From IMG/VR virus record IMGVR_UViG_3300045988_110420: 37,430 nucleotides of DNA; one strand, written 5' to 3'. Source of the DNA: a virus. The notes under the pieces are model-generated. The model did not search any database, had not been told where the DNA came from, and saw nothing but the letters and a program-made list of their open reading frames with translations. Below, in pieces: positions 21,860 to 29,317 of the stretch. The position numbers were made by a program, and so were the translations under genes. Each line of letters opens with the position of its first letter. Within the stretch, counting starts at the first letter, position 1.

Positions 21860-23413
21860 TCACCTCCGCTCGTTGCTGCCGCTGGGGAGATAAATGGTCA
21901 TATCCTGCAAAATCGCCGGACCGTATCCCGCAAAGCGTAAACGGAAATGGTCACACCGTCTGGGAATCACAGGCACATTCACAATATTTGTACGCATGCC
22001 CCCGATCTGCTTCAATCGCTGCCATGCCTCCGTGCTGTCGTACTGGATGTAGATTTCCACTGCCGCCCCCGCCGGTACCATCATGCGGATGGAAAAGCGT
22101 GATACGAATTTACTGTCCGGCATATTGTATGTAAAATCGTTTGTTTCCCCATACCACTCAATGACTTCTTCGTCCGTTCCTTCCATGGTCTTGATGGTGT
22201 TCCCGTCCAAATAGTACAGCACACTGCCGTATGTGGAAAAATATCTTCCTTTGGTATCGTCCTCCCGGTGCCAAAGCCCCTTTGCCGTGTCGTAGACAAA
22301 AAGCCCCTTCTCCATGGAAATATAGTATTTGTTTCCCATCCTTCCCGCTTCTGCCTCGCCATATCCCGCTTCCAGCACTGCCCCCACATCCGTTGGCAAT
22401 GCTCCTTGAAAACTCATGACGCTGCTTTCCGACTTGTAGTAAAGGACTTCATTCACAATGCAAAGACTTTTCCCGCATCCCTTGGCAACGCCCCGCAGCA
22501 TCCCTTCCACGATTTGAAAATTGGAAGGGCGATTTCCATATACCTTGTAAACGGCATTTTCTTTCCAGAACATCACATACCCCAGATAGGTGATTGCTCC
22601 CGTAAAATCCCCGTCGCTGGCGATGGTTGCGGCATAGCTGTCACTGCTTACGCCGTCAAAACAGTTGAAGTTCCGAAAACTTCCCAGTTTTGACGCGTAG
22701 ATCTCATGGTTTTTTGAGGAACAACCCCATAAACGGTTCTCCGATACGGTGTAAAAATCCATGTCCGGCACTGCCCGCTTGATAGTAATGGGCTCCGTCT
22801 GGCTCCCGTCCTTGTCGATGGGTCCCACGATGAGAATATATCCGTCCCCCACATCCTTCAGCACCGTTGTTTTGTTCAGACTTTCCACATTGAAACCGCT
22901 GATTTCCACGCCGTCCCCCGTTTCAAATCCTGTGTTGATGCCTGCCGCCTCGATCTTGACGTAAATCTGCCCTTCCGGGTCTAAATCTGTTTCTGTCAAA
23001 TAGGACTGTTTGTATGTGACGGTCCCTGTGGAAGTGTAGCTGTTTTCCATACGCTCCCACTTGCCATCTGCGGTGTTGTAAGAAACCTTGTCCGGGAAAA
23101 TCAGGATATAAGCCCCCATGGAAAGTAGCGTCTTTTCGCTGTCCGTCACATCTCCCACTTTCTGCCCGTCATAAAAGGCTTCTGTTCCGTCCACATAGAA
23201 CATCTTCTCCCGCACCAAAAGCCCGTTTGCCTTTGTCAGCTTCTGTACGGTTCCTCTGGGCTTTCGGACGGACAGATAGGGGAAATGGTCAGAGGACAGG
23301 TTTTCCATATCCACAAATGCCCCCTGTGCTGCCGTATCCAGTACATTGATCCCCTGGAAGGACACCAGCCTGTCCGCCACCGCTTCTCTCCCGCTCAATC
23401 TTGGTAAGTACAT
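21860..23413 (-). CDS. Virion structural protein (517 aa), putative tail hub/nozzle-type protein
   Basis: GAGGGGG RBS before the ATG at 23413. Beta-rich sequence in the tail module. Assigned by position only. Confidence 0.7.
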   Translation of the reverse strand: MYLPRLSGREAVADRLVSFQGINVLDTAAQGAFVDMENLSSDHFPYLSVRKPRGTVQKLTKANGLLVREKMFYVDGTEAFYDGQKVGDVTDSEKTLLSMGAYILIFPDKVSYNTADGKWERMENSYTSTGTVTYKQSYLTETDLDPEGQIYVKIEAAGINTGFETGDGVEISGFNVESLNKTTVLKDVGDGYILIVGPIDKDGSQTEPITIKRAVPDMDFYTVSENRLWGCSSKNHEIYASKLGSFRNFNCFDGVSSDSYAATIASDGDFTGAITYLGYVMFWKENAVYKVYGNRPSNFQIVEGMLRGVAKGCGKSLCIVNEVLYYKSESSVMSFQGALPTDVGAVLEAGYGEAEAGRMGNKYYISMEKGLFVYDTAKGLWHREDDTKGRYFSTYGSVLYYLDGNTIKTMEGTDEEVIEWYGETNDFTYNMPDSKFVSRFSIRMMVPAGAAVEIYIQYDSTEAWQRLKQIGGMRTNIVNVPVIPRRCDHFRLRFAGYGPAILQDMTIYLPSGSNERR

Positions 23414-23425
23414 ATCCACACCCCC

Positions 23426-23809
23426 TCACCAGCACCGTTCCGGAATCATGCCGCAAAGGTTTGTCTGCTTCGGCGTGTGTGTCTGCAAATAATGTGCCTG
23501 GAATTCTTCCCATGCCTGGTTATACAGAACCATACTGTCGTTGTATCTGCCGGAATCACCATTGTAAAAATCCATCATGCTGATGAGATAATACACATAC
23601 ACGTCCGTGTAAGGAACGGGAACCACCAGTTCCCGCTCCTCCTGTCCTTCTGCAAAGGGTACGAATACAGGTTCTTCCCCTTCGTATTTGCTCAAAATAT
23701 CTTTGTAAATGCGACCCTCCACCGTGTTCACCATGCGGATCTTCTCCGCATCTGTAAAGGCGTTTGGGCGGAGTTGGTCGACGGTTGTTAAAAGTTCTCG
23801 CAGTTTCAT
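23426..23809 (-). CDS. Virion-module protein (127 aa), possibly a head-tail adaptor
   Basis: ORF track. Assigned by position. The N-terminal LRPNAFTDAEKIRMVNTVEGRIYKDI is vaguely adaptor-like. Unverified. Confidence 0.6.
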   Translation of the reverse strand: MKLRELLTTVDQLRPNAFTDAEKIRMVNTVEGRIYKDILSKYEGEEPVFVPFAEGQEERELVVPVPYTDVYVYYLISMMDFYNGDSGRYNDSMVLYNQAWEEFQAHYLQTHTPKQTNLCGMIPERCW

Positions 23810-23827
23810 TATTTCCCTCCTTTATTT

Positions 23828-24295
23828 TTATCCTTCATAATATTTAAATATGCAATCTTTTGTAATTAGATATACTTTTGTAGTGGCCTGTAAAATTGAT
23901 ATTTCCTCAATTGTCGCTAACAAATATCCCCCTTCTAAATCTATTGAATTTTTTAAATTAACCCCTGCTACTAAAATCGTAGGAACCCTTACTTTGTATT
24001 CTGTTTTTACTTCTACCCCATCTGCTATCACATTTCCATAAAAATCAACAAGATAAAACCTTTTATCTTTTTCAGTATTCAATTCCTTAAGTAATTCATC
24101 ATATCTATCCCCCATTTGATTGTAACCTTCCAATTTTATCGTTGCATATTCCCCTGTCTGAATCTCTCCCACCTTTTCCGCATATTCCCGAAACGTAGTC
24201 CCTTCTGGCACTTCCACGCCCTTTGCTTCAATTGCGTTTTTGATGGCGTCTTTCGTCCCCTGTAAGTATGTCAGTTTTTCTGTGGTCGTTCCCAT
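23828..24295 (-). CDS. Fibre-associated / receptor-binding candidate (155 aa), mosaic
   Basis: N-terminal TEKLTYLQGTKDAIKNAIEAKGVEVPEGTTFREYAEKVGEI is a motif I associate with fibre proteins. The C-terminal roughly 100 codons are sharply AT-rich. The start overlaps the stop of the collagen-like gene. Confidence 0.7.
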   Translation of the reverse strand: MGTTTEKLTYLQGTKDAIKNAIEAKGVEVPEGTTFREYAEKVGEIQTGEYATIKLEGYNQMGDRYDELLKELNTEKDKRFYLVDFYGNVIADGVEVKTEYKVRVPTILVAGVNLKNSIDLEGGYLLATIEEISILQATTKVYLITKDCIFKYYEG

Positions 24296-26283
24296 CAGAT
24301 CACCTCCCCATTGATGGCATCCAGTGTGGTGTTCAAATTCCCCAGATTGCCCAGTGTGGTGTTAAATTCTTGTTCCGTTCCGGTAAACCCGTTTTCCGCT
24401 GCCGCAGTATAGGCACTCTTTCCGTCTGCGCCCTTTTCTCCCGGCACACCTTGTGGTCCTTGTGCGCCTGTATCTCCTTTTGCACCAGCTTCCCCCGTAT
24501 CTCCTTTCGGACCTGCCGGACCTTGTGGTCCCTGTTCTCCTGTTGGACCCTGTGCGCCAGTGTCTCCCTTTGGTCCTTTCAATGCTGCCAGTTGTTCTTC
24601 TGTGAAATCCGCGTAGGTAAATGGATCTCCCTTTTCCCCTTTTGGTCCTTGCTGTCCCTCGTCACCCGGATCACCTTTTGGTCCTATTGGTCCTGCTGGT
24701 CCTTGAATCCCCTGTATGCCTTGCAGTCCTTGTTCTCCTTTTGGACCTTGCAGCCCTGTGTCACCTTTCTCCCCTTTTGGACCTTGTGGTCCTGTTGGTC
24801 CAGTATCGCCTTTTTCCCCTTTCAATGCTGCAAGCTGATCCGGTGTGAAATCGTCATAGGTGAACGGATCACCTTTATCACCCTTATCCCCTTTGAGACC
24901 TTGTGGTCCCTGTACACCTGTATCACCCTTTGGACCTTGTGCACCTGTGTCACCTTTTGGTCCTGCCGGACCTTGTGGTCCCTGAATTTTCCCATTATTT
25001 CTCCAATCCTTCAAAATCCCATCATAAACATAAATGTCGTATGGATCAGCACTGCCGACGCCGTATGCGTCCCCCGGTTTCGGCGTTTTGACTGCCTGTT
25101 TCAATGCATCCAGTGTCCCATAGTACCCCAGAATTTGCAGTCCTTTCCCCGTTTCTCCGATGGGACCTTGTGGACCTGTCGGACCTGCTGGACCTTGTGG
25201 ACCTGTTTCTCCCTGTGGTCCTTGTGGACCTACGGGACCTTCTGGACCCTGCGCACCTGTATTCCCTTTTTCTCCTTTGTCACCCTTTGGACCTGTCGGA
25301 CCTGTTGGACCCATTGGTCCTTCTGGACCTTGCAGCCCTGTATCACCTTTCTCCCCCTGTGGTCCTGTTTCGCCCTGTGGTCCTGTTTCGCCCTGTGGTC
25401 CTTGTTCGCCTCTTTCTCCTTTTTCTCCCTGCAAACCCTGCGGACCGGTGTCTCCCTTGTCACCTTTTGGTCCTTTCAGTCCTTCTAATTGTTCCGGTGT
25501 GAAATCTGTGTATCTAAATGGTTCCCCTTGCGGTCCTGTCTGTCCCATTGGACCCTGTGGACCTGTCGGTCCTTGGATACCCGTTTCCCCTCTATCTCCT
25601 TTTTCGCCCTTATCGCCTTTTGGTCCCTGTGGTCCCTCCGGTCCCATCGGACCCACTGGTCCCTGTGGTCCTACTGCTGTATTTGCTTTTTCTGCCGCTT
25701 CCAGTGCCGCTTTGATGGCATCTGCTGTATCTTCCTGACGCTTTGTTTCTGCCTGTTCTCTGGCTGTTTCTGCTGTCTGTCGTTCATTTTCCTTTTCTTC
25801 TCTGACGCTTTCGTTCAGTACCCGCTGATTTTCCGCTGCCACTCTGTCCGCCTCACTGTCCAGCACTTTGGAAATGGCTGCCTCCATCTGTTCCAGTTCG
25901 CTCAAATCTCCCGTGTAGTCCCCCGGCGTGTCAATGGTTGTTTCCACAAAAATAGGTGTTTTCACCGTTGTCCACCGTACCGCCCCGGTATCATCAAAGG
26001 CTCTCATGTCAATAAATACCGTCCCAATTTCCGGGAAGTCCTCTTTTGTCACATCCCAAAGCAGTGTAATGGTTTCTTCCTGGATGCTCTTTACCAGCAG
26101 CGCCGTATTTTTTGCGCCGCTCTTATACTGCAAATCCAACCGGAATGTCAGCGCCGAAAGGTCGATCCTGTCCGCTTCGTACCGCTTCATGATAAACTCT
26201 CTGCTGACGGTTTCATCATCGCCGATGACAAAAGTCTGTTCCTCATTGGGAAAGATCATCTGTTTTCCGATAATCGAGATCAT
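24295..26283 (-). CDS. Collagen-like (Gly-X-Y) tail fibre protein (662 aa)
   Basis: AAGGGAG RBS before the ATG at 26283. About 200-aa globular N-terminal domain + coiled coil, then four G-X-Y blocks separated by PF(T/R)Y.DFT..QL..LKG linkers and one globular insert. C-terminal [20 protein letters not shown]. Confidence 0.9.
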   Translation of the reverse strand: MISIIGKQMIFPNEEQTFVIGDDETVSREFIMKRYEADRIDLSALTFRLDLQYKSGAKNTALLVKSIQEETITLLWDVTKEDFPEIGTVFIDMRAFDDTGAVRWTTVKTPIFVETTIDTPGDYTGDLSELEQMEAAISKVLDSEADRVAAENQRVLNESVREEKENERQTAETAREQAETKRQEDTADAIKAALEAAEKANTAVGPQGPVGPMGPEGPQGPKGDKGEKGDRGETGIQGPTGPQGPMGQTGPQGEPFRYTDFTPEQLEGLKGPKGDKGDTGPQGLQGEKGERGEQGPQGETGPQGETGPQGEKGDTGLQGPEGPMGPTGPTGPKGDKGEKGNTGAQGPEGPVGPQGPQGETGPQGPAGPTGPQGPIGETGKGLQILGYYGTLDALKQAVKTPKPGDAYGVGSADPYDIYVYDGILKDWRNNGKIQGPQGPAGPKGDTGAQGPKGDTGVQGPQGLKGDKGDKGDPFTYDDFTPDQLAALKGEKGDTGPTGPQGPKGEKGDTGLQGPKGEQGLQGIQGIQGPAGPIGPKGDPGDEGQQGPKGEKGDPFTYADFTEEQLAALKGPKGDTGAQGPTGEQGPQGPAGPKGDTGEAGAKGDTGAQGPQGVPGEKGADGKSAYTAAAENGFTGTEQEFNTTLGNLGNLNTTLDAINGEVI
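24432..25671 (-). repeat. Gly-X-Y triplet-repeat coding region (collagen-like)
   Basis: Continuous GPQGPxGxxG periodicity in translation. GGN CCN triplet periodicity in the DNA. Confidence 0.9.
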
Positions 26284-26489
26284 AACATCACTCCCTTTTT
26301 CTTTCCATTTTCCTTTATACAAAATCGCGGAAAGGTTTGGAAAACAAAGAGTTTTCCAACTTTCATCCGCAGTCGGAATTTACTTCCGACGAGGAAAACA
26401 GCGTGTTTCAAGGCATTTATGCCGATGGAATAGCTGTTTATCCCTCTGTCTTCTCGGCAAAGGCTTGAATGTAATGAGCCTTTGTCCGA

Positions 26490-26531
26490 CAGACGCCTTT
26501 TGCGTCTGAAAAAAAGGGGGCTTTCGCCCCC
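26490..26531 (-). terminator. Tandem hairpins ending the capsid operon (GGGGGC-gaaa-GCCCCC + T7, then CAGACGC-5nt-GCGTCTG)
   Basis: Minus strand, 10 nt after the stop at 26542: a GC stem followed by TTTTTTT, then a second 7-bp stem. Confidence 0.7.
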
Positions 26532-26541
26532 TCCTCCGTTG

Positions 26542-26997
26542 TTATTCGTCTTTGTTTTTGTCTTCCATTTTTTCCATAAGCTCGTAAGCTGCTTCCCGCT
26601 GTTCTTCGCTGTTTTTCAGCACTTCCGCCACAAACTTTGGCACTTCCACTTCCTGCCCCCTCTGGATCAGGTAAGAACATCCGTTTACGCACACGAAAAC
26701 GTCTTCTCTTTCCGTTTCTGTTTTAGGGATCTTCACCATGACGGTGTCTTCCTTCGCCTTCTGCATGGCTGCGTGCATGTCTCTTTCCAGCTTCGCCCGC
26801 TTCTGGGCTTCTGTCATCTTGCTTTCGCCTTTGGCTTCCTTTGCGGTTTCTGCCGCTTCTTTGGCTTTTTTCTCCGCTTCCTGCAGCTTTTCTTTCATGG
26901 CTGCGTTTTCTTCTTTTACCTCCGCCAGTTCATTTTTCACCTGCTGCAGGGCTTCCAGCATCTTTTCTTCCATTGTTTTTTCTTTATTTTCTGCCAT
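26542..26997 (-). CDS. Capsid-module protein of unknown function (151 aa), Lys/Glu coiled coil + small C-terminal domain
   Basis: ORF track. It lies 14 nt after the major capsid gene stop. The last gene before the terminator. Confidence 0.75.
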   Translation of the reverse strand: MAENKEKTMEEKMLEALQQVKNELAEVKEENAAMKEKLQEAEKKAKEAAETAKEAKGESKMTEAQKRAKLERDMHAAMQKAKEDTVMVKIPKTETEREDVFVCVNGCSYLIQRGQEVEVPKFVAEVLKNSEEQREAAYELMEKMEDKNKDE

Positions 26998-27011
26998 CTC
27001 GTATCACTCCT

Positions 27012-28004
27012 TTAGTTGGCTGCCGCTTCGCTGAAGCTGGATGTGCTTTCGATTCTTACCATGTATTCGTCTGCCAGGATACAAGCTGTTTTCAGCGCCT
27101 TCCAACCTGCTGTTGCTCTCTGATCCAGAGGGTCAGAGCTGCCGCCGCTGCCCAGCTGTTTCACGATGGTCTGCAAGCCGCCGCCGGTGACTTCTGTCAC
27201 GCCGTAGGCGTTTTCACCCACCACCAGTGTGGAGAATACAGACAGAGAAGTGCTTGCCGCGTCTTCCCAGATTTTCGCTTCTGTGCTTTCCAGGAAAATC
27301 ACGCCGCCGATTCTGCCGATCTCTCCATTATACATGTGTTCGGGGTTTGTGTATTTGTTCCATTCTTCCCATTTTTCGTCCTGCATCAGGTCATATGCAA
27401 CAAAGGGATGAATGATAGAACCATAGCAGTTGTCACGAATTGGTGTTGCGTTCTGCCCTTTCAGTGTTGCCGCTGCCTTCATGATCAGAGGAACTGTCAT
27501 CAGGCATGTTGCGTCCAGATTGGTTCTCTGTGTGACAGGTGTGCCGTCGCTCTTAGGCGCATACAGTACGTTGGTACCTGCGTTGATGACTTCTCTGGTA
27601 ACTGTGTCCAGTGTTCTGCCTGCCTGATGCCCCAGCAGCTTCACTGCCTCCACCAGGTTGTTGTCGATGGCAGTCAGCAGCAGTACGTCGGACATCTGGA
27701 TGAAGTCGCCGTACTGTTTCACAGTTGCTTCTTTGGTTGTAACGGTCAGACTGTTTCCCGCAGGTGTTACGCCTTCTGTGATGGCTGTCATGGCTTTTGC
27801 CAGTGCTTTGTATCTGCGGAATTCGATTTTCTTACCGCCGTTTTTGGGGATGGGTCTTTTCTGCCCCAGCTGGTCGTGTACCAGATTCGGTTCCGCGTTG
27901 TCGATAAGCCAATTGTCGTAATATGTTTTCATTTCCGCAGACAATGTGCCGGTATCCGTTGTCATTGTCGTTGCGAAAAGCTGCAAATCCATTTTGTATT
28001 TCAT
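27012..28004 (-). CDS. Major capsid protein (HK97-fold type; resembles the N4 gp56-type family by eye)
   Basis: 330 aa, directly after the scaffold gene. YYDNWLIDNAEPNLVHDQLGQKRPIPKNGGKKIEFRRY...ITEGVTPAGNSL...KQYGDFIQMSD...GHQAGRTLDTVTRE. N-terminal MKYKMDLQLF-A leader. Confidence 0.85.
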   Translation of the reverse strand: MKYKMDLQLFATTMTTDTGTLSAEMKTYYDNWLIDNAEPNLVHDQLGQKRPIPKNGGKKIEFRRYKALAKAMTAITEGVTPAGNSLTVTTKEATVKQYGDFIQMSDVLLLTAIDNNLVEAVKLLGHQAGRTLDTVTREVINAGTNVLYAPKSDGTPVTQRTNLDATCLMTVPLIMKAAATLKGQNATPIRDNCYGSIIHPFVAYDLMQDEKWEEWNKYTNPEHMYNGEIGRIGGVIFLESTEAKIWEDAASTSLSVFSTLVVGENAYGVTEVTGGGLQTIVKQLGSGGSSDPLDQRATAGWKALKTACILADEYMVRIESTSSFSEAAAN

Positions 28005-28017
28005 GTGTTTTCCCTCC

Positions 28018-28863
28018 TCATCTAAAGGTGATTCGCTTGTCAGGATCTCTCATGACCTGCTCTGCGATTTCCTTTCTCTGCTGTTTCGTCAATTTGTTAA
28101 CGTCTGTATAGGCGGATACACCTGCTGCCCCTGTGGCTGCGTTTTCCTGTGGTCTTGCGCCGTTGGCTTTCACGCTGTCCATGACTTTTTTCTGTGCGGT
28201 CTGTGCTGTGTGTGCCATAGCGCCGGACATGATCTCATCAAAATGGATCGCCTGATAGGCAGCTTTCACGCCCACACCACTGTCCAGCAGCCGGATAAAG
28301 TTTGGATCATTGAATTCCTCCATAAGATTCAGTGTTGGATACTGTGCTTTCAGTCCCTCCGCTTCCTCGCTCCATGCCCGGAATTTCTGGTCAAACGCCG
28401 CCTGTTCCCGCTGCCGCTCCATCGCCTGCCGGAAACTGCGGTTTTCCCGCTCCATTTTCTTCATTTCTGCCAGCTGTTCCACGCTCATTCCCTTTTCCAG
28501 TGCTTCCTGTTCCAGGTACTGTTTGTCGTTTTCCAGTGCCGCTCTCAGTGCTTTGGCGTCGGTGCCGTCCAGCCCGTACCGCTCGCCCATGAGTGCCATG
28601 ATCTCTCTTGCTTCCCGCAAACTGGCTTCCGTCTGTTTGCTGCCTTTCAGTCGGTCTTTCACGATGCCGCTTACCCGCTTGTTGTAGGTTTCCTTAAAGT
28701 CGCCTTTGATCAGACTGTCAAACTCTGCTTCCAGGTCACGACCGCCCTCTGGGGCTCCTCCTTCCGCCTGTGCACCTGCTTCCGGTCCCTGAGCCGCAGC
28801 GCCTCCTTCGCCGCCTGCCGCACCTTCGTCAAAGAGATGTAAGTCCATTTTGTATTTTTCCAT
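28018..28863 (-). CDS. Scaffolding protein (281 aa)
   Basis: Position between protease and capsid genes. Helical, Glu/Lys/Ala-rich. ATG at 28863 after AAAGGGGA. N-terminal MEKYKMDLHLF-D leader. Confidence 0.75.
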   Translation of the reverse strand: MEKYKMDLHLFDEGAAGGEGGAAAQGPEAGAQAEGGAPEGGRDLEAEFDSLIKGDFKETYNKRVSGIVKDRLKGSKQTEASLREAREIMALMGERYGLDGTDAKALRAALENDKQYLEQEALEKGMSVEQLAEMKKMERENRSFRQAMERQREQAAFDQKFRAWSEEAEGLKAQYPTLNLMEEFNDPNFIRLLDSGVGVKAAYQAIHFDEIMSGAMAHTAQTAQKKVMDSVKANGARPQENAATGAAGVSAYTDVNKLTKQQRKEIAEQVMRDPDKRITFR

Positions 28864-28876
28864 GATGTATCCCCTT

Positions 28877-28946
28877 TCTGCGGTCTCTCCCGCGTGTCCT
28901 CTCTGCCGTCTTTCCGGCGTGCCCTCTGCGGTCTTTCCCGCGTGTC
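28877..28946. repeat. Three tandem copies of a roughly 24-bp unit (TCTGCGGTCT(C/T)TCCCGCGTGTC) in the prp-scaffold intergenic region
   Basis: Copies at 28877-28898 and 28925-28946 differ at 1 of 22 positions. A degenerate middle copy lies at 28902-28923. Confidence 0.8.
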
Positions 28947-28966
28947 TGTTTTCAGTATAGAAAAAA

Positions 28967-29302
28967 TCAATTTTGATTTCCCCCACCCCCCTTTTGCTGT
29001 ACCTTCAGATACTCCGGTGCTCCCTCCTCAATGAGCTTCAGTCCCTCAATAACAGCCTTCATGAGTGTGTCTGCCTCTTTTCTGTTCTCATCACTCACCA
29101 CACAATCAAACCAGAAATACCCTTCTTCCTGTTTCTGCTCTCCTTTGGCGTAACATTCCCGCTCCATGCCTGCCCAGCCCATCTGCAAAAGAGCGCTGAT
29201 CGCCGCACAGATGATGTCATGCCCGTGTTTGTCGTATCCGGCGTGCCCTTTCGCTTCCAAAGTGTACCGCCCATTTTCCATGCTGTATGTAATTTCTGTC
29301 AT
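28967..29302 (-). CDS. prp: Prp-family cysteine protease (ribosomal-processing protease homologue)
   Basis: EAKGHAGYDKHGHDIICAAISALL matches the Prp GHA...G.DIVCAAVS catalytic His/Cys signature. 111 aa, between the portal and scaffold genes. Confidence 0.8.
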   Translation of the reverse strand: MTEITYSMENGRYTLEAKGHAGYDKHGHDIICAAISALLQMGWAGMERECYAKGEQKQEEGYFWFDCVVSDENRKEADTLMKAVIEGLKLIEEGAPEYLKVQQKGGGGNQN

Positions 29303-29317
29303 ATCCTTTTCCCCCTT

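Noticed and set aside
23828-26283. Diversity-generating retroelement acting on the fibre genes
   Set aside because: There is no reverse transcriptase gene anywhere in the genome, and I saw no template/variable repeat pair with adenine-specific differences.
24268-26433. Long plus-strand ORFs (406, 192, 132 and 314 aa) antisense to the collagen-like gene
   Set aside because: They are shadow ORFs. The GGN-CCN-NNN periodicity removes stop codons from the opposite strand. Their products are low-complexity W/S/L/C/F strings (WSLWTLC...). They have no RBS and conflict with a strongly supported minus-strand gene.
28864-28986. In-frame 41-codon N-terminal extension of the scaffold ORF (track start 28986)
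   Set aside because: It would start at a GTG inside the prp coding region without an RBS. It consists of the translated tandem DNA repeat (HAGKTAEG/HAGETAERG). The ATG at 28863 has an RBS and places the KMDLHLF leader at the N-terminus, as in the capsid protein.
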